Positions 41,185 to 51,424 of a stretch of DNA of 64,000 bases are shown here, one piece after another (position 1 is the stretch's first letter; the number at the start of each line of letters is the position of its first letter). The DNA comes from an uncultured Chloroflexia bacterium (GTDB lineage: Bacteria > Chloroflexota > Limnocylindria > Limnocylindrales > CSP1-4), in assembly GCA_963749705.1 (NCBI GenBank), contig CAVVNQ010000007.1, positions 96,001-160,000 on the forward strand, written 5' to 3'. The position numbers were made by a program, and so were the translations under genes. The notes beneath the pieces are model-generated. The model had not been told where the DNA came from, searched no databases, and saw nothing but the letters and a program-made list of their open reading frames with translations.

Positions 41185-42582
41185 TCAGCGCATTCGCTCG
41201 AGCTCGCGCTCCACGAACCGCCCATAGCCTCGCTGCCCCACGAAGACCCCATCGCGGACGACGAACCGGCCGCGCACGATCGTCGACCGGACGGCGCCCC
41301 GGACCTCGCGGCCCTCGTAGGGGGTGTAGTCGCTCGAGTGGTGAAGGTCGGTGGCGCGGATCGTCCGCTGCGCGGCCGGATCGAACAGCACCAGGTCGGC
41401 GTCTCGACCCACCTCGATCGCGCCCTTCGCGCGCAGCCCGAACAGCTGGGCGGGCGTCGTCGACAGCAGGTCGACCAGCCGCTCGATCGGGATCCGGCCG
41501 CCGGCGACGCCCTGGTCGTACGCGAGCGTCAGCAGCGTCTCGATCCCCGGGCTGCCGTTGGAGATCCGGTCGAACAATTCGCGCCATGACTGCTTCTCGA
41601 CGCCGACGCGGTCCGGGACGTGGTCGGTGGCGATCAGCGACAGCGAGCCGTCGGCGAGCCCGTCCCACAGCGCATCGGGGTTGCCCGGCGCCCGCAGCGG
41701 CGGCGAGATCACGAACCGGGCGGCGACCTCCGGCGGGGCGTCGTAGCGATCTTCGGTCAGCGTCAGGTACTGGGGGCACGTCTCGGCGAACACCGGCCGG
41801 CCCGCATCGCGCCCGCGGCGGACGGCGGCCAGCGCCTCCGCGGAGGACAGGTGGACGACGTACAGCGGCGCATCCGCGGCCTGCGCGAGCGCGATCGCGC
41901 GGGTCGTCGCCTCGGCCTCGACGTACGGGGGCCGCGAGCTCGCGTGGAACCGCGGCTCGACCTCGCCGGCCGCGAGATGGCGCGCGGTCAGCAATTCCAG
42001 GATGGTCCGGTTCTCGCAATGGACCTCGAGCATGCCGCCGTGCGCACCGGCCGCGGCGAGGGCCCGGAACAGCGTGGCGTCGTCCACGCCGAAGTCGTAG
42101 ACCATGAACGCCTTGGCGGTCGGGACGCCGGCCTCGATGACCCGCGGCAGCTCGCCGACGGGATCTGCCTGCATGGCCGTGACGACCAGGCTCAGCGCGA
42201 CATCGACCGCCGCGTCGCCATCGGTGGCCGCGCGCCACTCGCGGAGCCCGGTCACCAGCGACCGCGCGGCCGCGGGCGACGACCCGGTCCCCGGGTTGTT
42301 GAACGCCAGGAACGTGGTCGTGCCGCCGAACGCCGCGGCGACCGAGTCCGCGAAGAACCGGTCCGGTTCGGCGTTGGTGGCGACCCGCGCGTGCGTGTGG
42401 ACGTCCACCACGCCCGGCAGCACCAGCAGGCCAGCGGCCGCGACGACCTCGCGCGCCGTCCCGGCGAGCCCGCCCAGGTCCGGCTCCACGGCCGAGATCC
42501 GCCCGCCATCGACGGCCACGTCGGCCACCCGCGATCCACCCGCCGTCACGACCGTGCCGCCGCGGACGACGAGGTCGGTCAT
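41185..42582 (-). CDS. Cyclic amidohydrolase (dihydropyrimidinase/allantoinase family), probable allantoinase by context
   Basis: PGVVDVHTH, GGTTT, KAFMVY, VHCEN, VVHLS, ETCPQYL, SPPLR, ATDH. Confidence 0.85.
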   Translation of the reverse strand: MTDLVVRGGTVVTAGGSRVADVAVDGGRISAVEPDLGGLAGTAREVVAAAGLLVLPGVVDVHTHARVATNAEPDRFFADSVAAAFGGTTTFLAFNNPGTGSSPAAARSLVTGLREWRAATDGDAAVDVALSLVVTAMQADPVGELPRVIEAGVPTAKAFMVYDFGVDDATLFRALAAAGAHGGMLEVHCENRTILELLTARHLAAGEVEPRFHASSRPPYVEAEATTRAIALAQAADAPLYVVHLSSAEALAAVRRGRDAGRPVFAETCPQYLTLTEDRYDAPPEVAARFVISPPLRAPGNPDALWDGLADGSLSLIATDHVPDRVGVEKQSWRELFDRISNGSPGIETLLTLAYDQGVAGGRIPIERLVDLLSTTPAQLFGLRAKGAIEVGRDADLVLFDPAAQRTIRATDLHHSSDYTPYEGREVRGAVRSTIVRGRFVVRDGVFVGQRGYGRFVERELERMR

Positions 42583-42584
42583 CG

Positions 42585-43004
42585 TCAGCCCTCGCTGATC
42601 TCGATGTCCTGGGCACCGTCCCACAGGCAGCGGCGGCCCATCTCCCGCAGCCGGTCCTCCCAGCCCTCGTCGGGCAGGATCGATGCGAAGTGGTTCGCCG
42701 CCAGCTGGCCGACCTTGGACGAGGTCGTGCAGGCACCGTACGGGAAGAAGATCTCGCACTCGGAGACGCCGCCCGGGTACAGCGCGAGGTGGCCCGGTGC
42801 CGGGTGCGAGGTGTGGTGCTCCCAGCCCACGTCCGGTCGCAGGTCGCCGTACGGGATCCAGGTGGACTCGCCGCTCCAGCGGCAGTGGATCAGGCGCGCG
42901 TGCAGGGGGAGCATCGCGCGGATGATCTCGATCGTTCGCGGGGCCTCGGGCTCCCAGCGGGCGCTAAAGTGCAGGTCACCAACACGGATCGACAGCTCGC
43001 TCAT
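42585..43004 (-). CDS. DUF3830 family protein (cyclophilin-like fold)
   Basis: APRT...LIHCRWSGESTWIP...TSHPAPG..ALYPGGVSECEI...GQLAANHF; this is the last 139 aa of shadow ORF 42585..46772. Confidence 0.85.
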   Translation of the reverse strand: MSELSIRVGDLHFSARWEPEAPRTIEIIRAMLPLHARLIHCRWSGESTWIPYGDLRPDVGWEHHTSHPAPGHLALYPGGVSECEIFFPYGACTTSSKVGQLAANHFASILPDEGWEDRLREMGRRCLWDGAQDIEISEG

Positions 43005-43018
43005 CGGCGGAGGATACG

Positions 43019-43349
43019 GTGCCCGACGGCCATCCGACCATCTCCACGCACGTCCTCGATACCGCGGGCGGCCGACCCGCGCCCGGGATCGCCGTCCGCT
43101 GCGAGCGGCTGGACGGCGACGCAGCCGAGGCCGGTGGGCGACGGCGTGACCGACGACGATGGCCGGATCCGCGACCTGCTGGGCGGCGTGCGGCTGGTCC
43201 CCGGCGTGTACCGGCTGTCGTTCGACCTGGGATCCGGGCGCTTCTTCGAGCGCGTCGCGCTCGAGGTCCGGATCGACGACGCCGGCCGGAGCCACCACGT
43301 GCCGCTGCTGCTGGCGCCGTACGGGCTGACGACCTACCGCGGCTCCTGA
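43019..43349 (+). CDS. uraH: 5-hydroxyisourate hydrolase (one frameshift near 43125)
   Basis: ISTHVLDTAGGRPA in the first frame; TDDDGRI...HHVPLLLAPYGLTTYRGS in the +1 frame. Confidence 0.9.
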
Positions 43350-43352
43350 CGC

Positions 43353-43898
43353 GTGGGGTCCGCGACGCCCGGCCCGGTTCCATCGAGCATCGCCGAGCTC
43401 GACGCGCTCGACGCTCCGGGCTGCGCCGAGGCGCTGGCGCCGCTGTTCGAGGGCGCGCCACGGTTCCTGGCCCGGCTCGCCGCCGCCCGCCCGTTCGGCG
43501 ATGCGGCGACGCTCATCGCGCGGGCGCGCGCGATCGCCCACGCGATGCCGGAGCCCGAGCAGGTCGAGCTGATCGACGCCCACCCCCCGCTGGGTGCCCC
43601 GCCCGGGTCCGTCTCGGCGCTGTCCTTCCGCGAGCAGGGCTACGACCACGAGGCCGCGGAGGCCGCGGCAGATGCGGATCGCACCCGCGTGGCGTCGGAG
43701 CTGGCGAGGCTCAACGCCGCCTACGAGCGGCGGTTCGGGTTCCGCTACTGCGTGTTCGTCGCCGGCCGGCCACGCGCGGCGCTGCTCCCCGGGATGGAAG
43801 CCGCGCTCGGCGCCGACCGCGAGCCCGAGCTGCATCGGGCCCTCGACGCCGTGGTCGACATCGCGGCCGACCGCTACCGGACGCTGCGCCAGCGCTGA
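43353..43898 (+). CDS. uraD: OHCU decarboxylase
   Basis: LFEGAP...RPF...LIDAHPPLG...SFREQG...LNAAYERRFGFRYCVFVAG...DIAADR. Confidence 0.9.
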   Translation: MGSATPGPVPSSIAELDALDAPGCAEALAPLFEGAPRFLARLAAARPFGDAATLIARARAIAHAMPEPEQVELIDAHPPLGAPPGSVSALSFREQGYDHEAAEAAADADRTRVASELARLNAAYERRFGFRYCVFVAGRPRAALLPGMEAALGADREPELHRALDAVVDIAADRYRTLRQR

Positions 43899-44063
43899 CC
43901 CGCTCGGGCGCGGACGCTGTGCACGGGCCAACCCGATAGACTTCGGGCACCGGAGGATTCTCGCCGCGGGCGCGGATCGCTCCTCGCGGCACGTCAGACC
44001 GATCCGGCCGCCCGGGGGCATCGATCTCGCGCACCGACAGGCACACACCAGCGGAGGGAACGC

Positions 44064-45725
44064 GTGGAGAATCCGGTCATCGTTGCGATCGACGACGATC
44101 CGCAGGTCCTGCGAGCCGTCGAGCGCGACCTGCGCAGCCGGTTCGGGTCGAGCTATCGGATCGTCGCCGCGGACAGCGGCGCGACCGCGCTGGACGTGGT
44201 CCGCCGGCTCAAGCTGCGCAGCTCCGCCGTGGCGCTGTTCCTGGCCGACCAGCGGATGCCGGGCATGACCGGGGTCGAGTTCCTGACCGCCGCGCGCGAG
44301 ATCTACCCGGACGCCAAGCGGGTGCTGCTGACCGCGTACGCCGATACCGAGGTGGCGATCACCGCGATCAACACGATCCAGCTCGACCACTACCTGCTCA
44401 AGCCCTGGGATCCGCCCGAGGACAAGCTGTACCCGGTCCTCGAGGACGTGCTCGACGACTGGCAGGCGGGGTTCCTGCCGCCGTTCGAGGGTGTCCGCGT
44501 CATCAGCCATCGCTGGTCCGCTCGCGCCCACGAGATCAAGGACTACCTGGCCCGCAACCAGATCCCGTATCGCTGGCTGGACGTCGAGACCGAGTCCGAG
44601 GCATCCGAGCTGGCGGTGAGCGCCGAGGTGGACGCCGTCCGCCAGGTGATGGTCGTGTTCGGCGACGGCTCGCACCTCGTGGCGCCCACCAACGCCGAGA
44701 TCGCGGCCCACGTCGGCCTGCGGACGCACGCCGCGCTGCCCTATTACGACCTGGTGATCGTGGGTGGCGGACCGTCCGGGCTCGCCGCCGCCGTCTACGG
44801 CGCCTCCGAGGGGCTCAAGACCCTGATGATCGAGCGCGAGGCGCCGGGCGGGCAGGCCGGGACGACGTCGCGGATCGACAACTACCTGGGCTTCCCGGTC
44901 GGCCTGTCGGGCGCCGATCTTGCCCGTCGGGCGGTGGCCCAGGCCACCCGGCTGGGCGCCGAGATCCTGACCCCGCAGGAGGTGGTCGGGGTCACCGTCG
45001 AGGACCCGTACAAGGTGGTCAAGCTGGCCGACGGCTCCCAGCTGAGCTGCCAGGCGCTGCTGGTCGCGACGGGCGTCGAGTACCGCAAGCTCAACCTGCC
45101 CGATGCGGACCGCCTCGCCGGGTCCGGCATCTACTACGGTGGTGCGACCACCGAGGCGTCGTTCTACCGCGGCGAACGCGTGGCGGTGATGGGCGGCGGC
45201 AACTCCGCCGGCCAGGCCGCCGTCTGGCTGGCCCGATACGCCGAGCACGTCACCGTGCTGATCCGCGGCGACTCGCTGTCGGCGGGGATGTCCGCCTACC
45301 TGGTCGACCAGATCGCGGCCACCCCGAACATCACCGTCCGCACCGGCGTCAACGTGGTGGCCATCCACGGTGGCGAGACGCTCGAGGGGGTCGACATCGC
45401 GGCCAAGGCCGATGGATCGCAGGAGCGGCTGGAGGTGGCCGCGATGTTCGTGTTCATCGGCCAGGCGCCACGCACGGACTGGCTGGGCGACCTGGTCGAG
45501 CGCGACGACAGCGGCTTCGTGCTGACCGGCGTCGATCTCAAGCGTGTCGGCGACCACCCGAGAGGCTGGCCGCTGGCCCGGGAGCCGTTCATGCTCGAGA
45601 CGAACGTGCCGGGGATCTTCTCCGCGGGCGATGTCCGCTCGGCCTCGGTCAAGCGGATCGCCTCGTCCGTCGGCGAGGGCGCCATGGCGGTCCGGTTCGT
45701 CCACCAGCATCTCGCCGACCTGTGA
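44064..45725 (+). CDS. Response-regulator receiver + Grx-like + thioredoxin-reductase-like fusion
   Basis: IDDDP, ADQRMP, LTAYAD, KPW receiver; IVGGGPSG, GGQAG..SRIDNYLGFP, GGGNSAGQ, AGDVR. Confidence 0.92.
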   Translation: MENPVIVAIDDDPQVLRAVERDLRSRFGSSYRIVAADSGATALDVVRRLKLRSSAVALFLADQRMPGMTGVEFLTAAREIYPDAKRVLLTAYADTEVAITAINTIQLDHYLLKPWDPPEDKLYPVLEDVLDDWQAGFLPPFEGVRVISHRWSARAHEIKDYLARNQIPYRWLDVETESEASELAVSAEVDAVRQVMVVFGDGSHLVAPTNAEIAAHVGLRTHAALPYYDLVIVGGGPSGLAAAVYGASEGLKTLMIEREAPGGQAGTTSRIDNYLGFPVGLSGADLARRAVAQATRLGAEILTPQEVVGVTVEDPYKVVKLADGSQLSCQALLVATGVEYRKLNLPDADRLAGSGIYYGGATTEASFYRGERVAVMGGGNSAGQAAVWLARYAEHVTVLIRGDSLSAGMSAYLVDQIAATPNITVRTGVNVVAIHGGETLEGVDIAAKADGSQERLEVAAMFVFIGQAPRTDWLGDLVERDDSGFVLTGVDLKRVGDHPRGWPLAREPFMLETNVPGIFSAGDVRSASVKRIASSVGEGAMAVRFVHQHLADL

Positions 45726-45735
45726 TCCGACGCCC

Positions 45736-47142
45736 GTGACGATCGACGATTCGGACCGCGCGCTGCTGCGCCGGGCCCCCCTGTTCGCGGAGCTGTCGGA
45801 GGAGGACCTCACCGGGGTCGCCGACACCGGCGAGCCCGTGGAGCTGGCCCCGGGTGAGCAGCTGGCCGGCGAGGGCGAGCCGGGCGACGCGATGTTCGTG
45901 ATCGTGTCGGGTGAGCTCCAGGTGGTGAAGCGATCGCGAACCTCCGAGGTTCCGATCGCGGTCCTGGGGCCCGGCGAGATCGTGGGCGAGATGGCGATCT
46001 TCGAGGCCCAGCCGCGAAATGCCACGGTCCGCGCCGTCGAGCAGACCCGGGTCGTCCGCATCGCCCGCGACGAGATCCTCGCGATCCTGCAGACCCGGCC
46101 GTCGGTGACCCTGTCGATGCTGCGCACGATGATGGGCCGGCTGCGCAACACGGAGTCGATGCTCCGCGAGCAGGAGAAGCTGGCCGCGCTGGGCACCCTG
46201 TCCGCGGGGCTCGCCCACGAGCTGAACAACCCAGCGGCCGCCGTGCAGCGCAGCGCCGCCCTCCTCGAGGACGGCCTCGACCGCTGGGCAGATGCCACCA
46301 GCGCGCTGGGAACCGTCGTCGACGACCAGCGGGATGCGGCGAATCTTGCGGACCTCGGTGCCCAGGTGGCGCGGCACGCCACGACGGGCGAGGCGCTGGA
46401 TCCGCTCGACGCCAGCGACCGTGCCTGGGAGCTGGAGACGTTCCTCGCCGACCGTGGCGTGGCCGATGCGGGCGACCTCGCCCCGGCCCTCGTGAGCGGG
46501 GGCTGGGAGCGATCGCACCTGGAGCGCATCGAGGCCGAGTTCTCGGCCGAGGCACTCGGTCCGATCCTGTCCTGGGTCGCCGCCGGGAGCGCGGTCCACG
46601 CGCTCGTGGACGAGGTCGCGACCGGCGCCCGGCGCATCTCCGAGATCGTCAAGGCGGTCAAGGAGTACTCGTTCATGGACCAGGCCCCGGTCCAGCAGCT
46701 GGATGTCCGGTCCGGGCTGGACAACACGCTGGTCATCCTTCGGGCCAAGACCAAGGCGGGGATCACCATCACGCGCGACTACCAGCCGGACCTGCCCCAG
46801 ATCGAGGCGTTCGGCAGCGAGCTCAACCAGGTCTGGACGAACATCCTGGACAACGCGATCGGCGCCATGGACGGACACGGCGAGATCCGGATCCGGGCGT
46901 ACGTGCGCGACACCGACCTGGTGGTCGAGATCTGCGACAACGGGCCGGGCATGCCGCCCGAGGTCCGGGCGCGGATCTTCGAGCCGTTCTACACGACCAA
47001 GCCACCGGGCAGCGGGACCGGGCTCGGGCTCCACATCTCGCACAACGTCGTCGCCCGCCACGGCGGCCGGATCAACGTGCGGTCGAAGCCCGGCGAGACG
47101 TGCTTCGAGGTCTGCCTGCCCCTGGAGCGTCGCAAGAGCTGA
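45736..47142 (+). CDS. cNMP-binding-domain cytoplasmic histidine kinase
   Basis: PLFAEL...GEIVGEMA...PRNATVRA; LAHELNNP; NILDNA, DNGPG, FEPFYTTK, GTGLGL. Confidence 0.92.
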   Translation: MTIDDSDRALLRRAPLFAELSEEDLTGVADTGEPVELAPGEQLAGEGEPGDAMFVIVSGELQVVKRSRTSEVPIAVLGPGEIVGEMAIFEAQPRNATVRAVEQTRVVRIARDEILAILQTRPSVTLSMLRTMMGRLRNTESMLREQEKLAALGTLSAGLAHELNNPAAAVQRSAALLEDGLDRWADATSALGTVVDDQRDAANLADLGAQVARHATTGEALDPLDASDRAWELETFLADRGVADAGDLAPALVSGGWERSHLERIEAEFSAEALGPILSWVAAGSAVHALVDEVATGARRISEIVKAVKEYSFMDQAPVQQLDVRSGLDNTLVILRAKTKAGITITRDYQPDLPQIEAFGSELNQVWTNILDNAIGAMDGHGEIRIRAYVRDTDLVVEICDNGPGMPPEVRARIFEPFYTTKPPGSGTGLGLHISHNVVARHGGRINVRSKPGETCFEVCLPLERRKS

Positions 47143-47224
47143 GCGGCGTCCCCGTCGGGGGCATGGACGTCGGGTCGGGACGGTCGCCGGCGCCGCCCAC
47201 CGGAATCGAGCGCCGCCCGGACCG

Positions 47225-48388
47225 TCAGCCGTCCGGCTGGCCGCGCACCCTGCGGCTGACCTGCTGGACCGCGAGGTATCGCTCGCGCTCGATCCCCTCG
47301 GGCACGCCGCCGCCGTCCATGAACACGAAGCGGCCCCGGTCGCCGGCGATCTCGACGGACTGGCGCAGCCCCGCCTCGATCTCGTCGAGCCCCCGCTCGT
47401 ACAGGAACTTGTCGATCCCGCCACCGACCAGGGTCAGCCGCGGATGCCGCTCCCGGATCGCGGCCAGGTCCATCCCGTCGGTCCGGTCGACGGGGTTGAG
47501 CATGTCCACGCCGGTCCCGACGATGTCGTCGAGGATGGCGTTGATGTTGCCGTGGCAGTGCATGTGGAGCACGCCGCCCGCGGCGTGGACCTCCTCGGCC
47601 AGCGCCCGGTGCCAGGGCAGGAAGTAGCGGCGGTAGAGCTCCGGGCTGAGCAGCAGGTTCGCGCTCGCGCCAAGGTCGTCGCAGAACCCGATGCAGTCGA
47701 CCCCGGCCTCCAGCATGTGGCGCGCGGCGCGCTGGTTCCAGTCACCGAGGCGTGCCAGCAGGCGCTCCGCGAGCTCGGGTTCGAGCAGCAGGTTCGCGAG
47801 CCAGTCCTGGTAGTCGCAGAAGAAGTAGTGGCCACCAGAGAAGTAGCCGTTGACCCAGCCGACCGTGTACTCGCCGGCGGCCTTGAGGTACGCGACATCG
47901 GCCGCGAAGCCCTGCCATCGGGCCGGGTCGTCGGGATCGGGCAGCTCCAGCCGGTCAAGGTCGTCGAGCGTCGTGACCGGGCGCACGAGCTGGTGCTTGT
48001 ACTGGGGTGTGACGTTGTGAAGGTCCCGGGCGCCGGTCTCGTACTCGACCACGAACGAACCCGGGGAACGATCCACGACCCGGCTGTTGAACTCGCCCGG
48101 CCCCGCGTGCCCGAAGCAGAAGTTCGCACCCCGCCCGACCCCGGTCGCGACCTGGTCGGTGAAGCGGTTGTAGCCGATCACCGTGTCCAGCTCCGCGGGC
48201 TCGTGGGCCTCGAAGCCGTACACGCCATCCGGGGGGATGTAGTAGAGGTCCGGCGCAGCAAGCTCGGGTGGCACGAGCCGGCGGGCATCCGCCTCGGTGT
48301 TGAACCCGATGTTCCAGAACGGGATGTAGTCGGGTCGCTCTCCGGCCAGCGTCGCCGCCATCCGCTCACGATTGCTCAACGTTGGCAT
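47225..48388 (-). CDS. Uroporphyrinogen-decarboxylase/MtaA-like TIM-barrel protein
   Basis: LSNRERM...PDYIP, AGVDCIGFCDDLG....LSPELYRRYFLP, HMHCHGNI, GVDMLNP. Confidence 0.82.
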   Translation of the reverse strand: MPTLSNRERMAATLAGERPDYIPFWNIGFNTEADARRLVPPELAAPDLYYIPPDGVYGFEAHEPAELDTVIGYNRFTDQVATGVGRGANFCFGHAGPGEFNSRVVDRSPGSFVVEYETGARDLHNVTPQYKHQLVRPVTTLDDLDRLELPDPDDPARWQGFAADVAYLKAAGEYTVGWVNGYFSGGHYFFCDYQDWLANLLLEPELAERLLARLGDWNQRAARHMLEAGVDCIGFCDDLGASANLLLSPELYRRYFLPWHRALAEEVHAAGGVLHMHCHGNINAILDDIVGTGVDMLNPVDRTDGMDLAAIRERHPRLTLVGGGIDKFLYERGLDEIEAGLRQSVEIAGDRGRFVFMDGGGVPEGIERERYLAVQQVSRRVRGQPDG

Positions 48389-48542
48389 TCAGGCCTTCCC
48401 TCGGGTCGGGGAACGACCGGCCCATCACCGGTGGGGGCGCACCTCGAGTCTATCCGGTCGTGACGGCGCCCGGAAACGGGCCCGCGATCGACGTTGCGGC
48501 ATACTCAACCCCCACGTGGGCCCCCGAACGGAGAGAGCTGCC

Positions 48543-49133
48543 ATGACACGGGATGACGAGCGCCTGGTGCGCTCTCGGGAAGCACCGATCGTGGGCGGGT
48601 TGCCCGATGTCCCGGGCATCGTCGCGGCGATCCAGCTGACGCCTGGCCTCGGGCGCCACCTTCGCGGCCTGGCGGACGAGCTCCTGGTCAACGATTACCC
48701 GGGCACCACGCTCAGCCGGGCCGACCGGGAGATGCTGGCGACCGCCGTCTCCGCGGCCAATGACTGCTTCTTCTGCATGGACTCGCACGGCGCGCACGCG
48801 AGCGCGTTGCTCGAGCTGACGGGGACGCTGGACGGGCTGCCCCTGATCGACGTGCTCAAGGCCGGGTCGTCGGATGGGTTCGGCGACAAGATGCGGGCGC
48901 TGCTCCACATCGCGCGCACGGTGCGAGGCGAGGCCCGCCACCTGACGGCGGCCGACGTCAACGCGGCGATCGCGGCCGGCGCCACCGACGCCGACGTTCA
49001 GCTCGCGGTGCTCATCTCGGCCGCCTTCTCGATGTACAACCGGATGGTCGACGGGCTGCGAGCGAGGACCGCGCCAACCCCCGACGCCTACCGTGGTCGC
49101 GCGTCCGAGATCGCGGTCCGGGGCTACAGCTAG
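48543..49133 (+). CDS. AhpD/carboxymuconolactone-decarboxylase-family peroxidase-related protein
   Basis: LSRADREMLATAVSAANDCFFCMDSH...FSMYNRMVDGL. Confidence 0.88.
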   Translation: MTRDDERLVRSREAPIVGGLPDVPGIVAAIQLTPGLGRHLRGLADELLVNDYPGTTLSRADREMLATAVSAANDCFFCMDSHGAHASALLELTGTLDGLPLIDVLKAGSSDGFGDKMRALLHIARTVRGEARHLTAADVNAAIAAGATDADVQLAVLISAAFSMYNRMVDGLRARTAPTPDAYRGRASEIAVRGYS

Positions 49134-49160
49134 CAGCACGGATCGGGGCCGGGAGACGAG

Positions 49161-50749
49161 TTGACGAGCCGGACGGTCACCTTCGGCGGAACGAGCTACC
49201 CCCTCGTCCTGCCCACGATCCGCGATCCGCGCCTGCACGTCGCCGCGGTCATCATCACGATCCACGTCCTGGGGCAGGTCGGGCTCCACTTCCGGGTCAG
49301 CGTGCCCCAGATCCTGGCCGCGATCCTGACCTGCGCCGTGATCGAGGTCGTGCTGACGTTCAGGCTGAGCCGCGCGTTCGTGTGGCCGGCCAGCGCCATG
49401 CTCACGGGGAGCGGCGTCGCGCTCATCCTGCGTGTCGTCGGCACGCCGTTGGACAGCCCCTGGGCGACCAACGACCTGTGGGTGTTCGCCGTCGTGGCCG
49501 GGCTGTCGCTGCTGTCCAAGTACGTGATCCGCTACCGCGGCTCGCACGTGTTCAACCCGTCCAACCTCGGGCTGGTCGCGGCGTTCGTGGTCCTGGGCAG
49601 CGGGCGCGTGGAGCCGCTCGACTTCTGGTGGGCGCCGCTCGACGCCTGGATGCTGGCCGCCTACGCGGTGATCCTGGTGGGCGGGCTGCTGATCACGCGG
49701 CGGCTCCACCTGCTCCTGATGGCCGCGGCCTTCTGGGTCGCCCTCGCGGCCGGCGTCGGGCTGCTGGCCGCCTCGGGGCACTGCATGACCGCCAACTGGG
49801 CGTTCGCACCGGTCTGCGGCGGCGACTTCGTGCGCGTGATCCTCACCTCACCCGAGGTGCTGATCTTCCTGCTGTTCATGATCACGGACCCCAAGACCGT
49901 GCCGGCGAGCCGGGTCGGGCGCGTCCTGTTCGGCGTTGCTGGTCGCCGCCGCGAGCACGCTGCTCATCGCACCCCAGACCAACGAGTTCGGGACCAAGGT
50001 CGGCCTGCTCGCGAGGCCTCGTGCTCGTGTGCGCGGTGCGACCGCTCCTTGATCGCGTGCTGCCCGAGCCGCGCTCGGCCGCCGACCGGCTGGTCCCGTT
50101 CGCGACCCGCGTGGTGCGGGGCAGCAGCGCGGGCGTGGGGCTCGCCCGCAGCGCGCTCCGCGCAGGGTTGATCGTGGCCGCGACGCTCGGTCTCGGCGTC
50201 GGGATCGTTGCCGCGGGGACGCCTGCCCGTGAGCCCGCGGCGCCCGACACCGGCGAGCTGCTCAACGGCGTGCCGCATGCCATCGATCCGGCCACGCTGC
50301 CCGTGATCACCGTCGACGTCCCGGCCTGGGACGAGACGATCGCCGCACCGGTGGCGCAGGGGATCCTGGTCACCCTGGGCGAGGACCTCGAGCTCGAGAA
50401 CCAGGCGCTGCTGCGCTCGGACCCGGACATCCTCACGGCCGTGGATCACGGCGACCGGCTCAAGGAGATGCAGGGCCGGCTCGAGGATGCGGTGACGTCC
50501 GGCCGGGCGGCGATCGCGCACTATCACTTCGACTCGGTCCACGTCGTCGTCATCGCGCCGTTCGGCGTCCAGACCGGGGGCAGCATCGGGTTCGAGTCGA
50601 CGGGCACGGTGACGACGGAGACGTACGACGCGAGCGGAGCGCTGGTCGACCGGCAGGCGTCGCCGTTCGCGCTCACGTTCGCGGTCCGCCGTGCGCTCGG
50701 TGACCGCTGGATGATCGTGGCGGTGCAGCCGAACGGCACGCTCGGCTGA
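49161..50749 (+). CDS. NqrB/RnfD-like (UnbU-like) membrane protein with C-terminal extracytoplasmic domain; two frameshifts (about 49936 and 50014)
   Basis: DPRLH, SKYVIR...HVFNPSN, FLLFMITDPKT. Reads continuously as GVLVAAASTLLIAPQTNEFGTKVGLLAGLVLVC if two single bases are removed. Confidence 0.75.
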
Positions 50750-50895
50750 AGCGGAGGCCGACGGCGCCGACCCGCAGGGGCAGCAGGTCCGGATGCCCTA
50801 GGTACGGGCCGCACCCGGGACACCCTCACGCGGAGGCCGCCGGCTACTGCCGGCGGCCTCGAGCCCGGGTACTCGGCGTCAGCGGTCAGGAGCGG

Positions 50896-51345
50896 TCACG
50901 ACGACTGCGCGGACGCGACGTCCCTTGCGCCGAGGCCTTCGGCCGACGCTGTGCGGCCCGCTCGTCGCTGGCGCACCAGCTCCAGCCCGAGTCCGGCCGC
51001 GATGACGGCCTGCGGGACGGCGGCAACGAGCGAGTCGGACTCCCCCCAGCTGAACGAGACCACCCGGACGACCGTCTCGATGGTGAAGTGGGCGACGAGC
51101 AGGATCGTCACCAGGCGGATGGCAGTCCACGATCCCGAACGCAGGGCAATGCCCACGACGATGGTCTCGGCCAGCAGGGTGGAGCTTCCGACCCGGATGA
51201 TCGCGAGAACGCGCTCGGGGGCGTCGAGCCCCATCCGCTCCAGCACCGCTCCGGGTACGACGGCAAAGGCGAGCCCGAGCGCTCCCAGCAGAACCATCGC
51301 CGCCAACAGCCACGCTCGATGCATCATGCTGATCCGGTGGGTCAT
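50896..51345 (-). CDS. Hypothetical membrane protein (4 TM), probable TetR target
   Basis: GGGAG RBS before ATG 51345; hydrophobic helices; divergent from TetR. Confidence 0.7.
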   Translation of the reverse strand: MTHRISMMHRAWLLAAMVLLGALGLAFAVVPGAVLERMGLDAPERVLAIIRVGSSTLLAETIVVGIALRSGSWTAIRLVTILLVAHFTIETVVRVVSFSWGESDSLVAAVPQAVIAAGLGLELVRQRRAGRTASAEGLGARDVASAQSS

Positions 51346-51387
51346 GAGGTGCTCCCTTGTGCTGCTGTGGACTGTCGATCCATGATC

Positions 51388-51419
51388 TATACTATGAGTA
51401 CAAGATTGGAGTCTGTCAA
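51388..51419. promoter_or_regulatory. Putative TetR operators/divergent promoters
   Basis: AT-rich imperfect palindromes TATACT-ATG-AGTACA and TTGGAGTCTGTCAA; the latter contains TTGACA on the minus strand. Confidence 0.5.
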
Positions 51420-51424
51420 CCCAG

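Noticed and set aside
47225-48388. hemE (true uroporphyrinogen decarboxylase)
   Set aside because: It lacks the RQAGR motif and resembles the broader MtaA/CmuA-like family, so no gene symbol is given.
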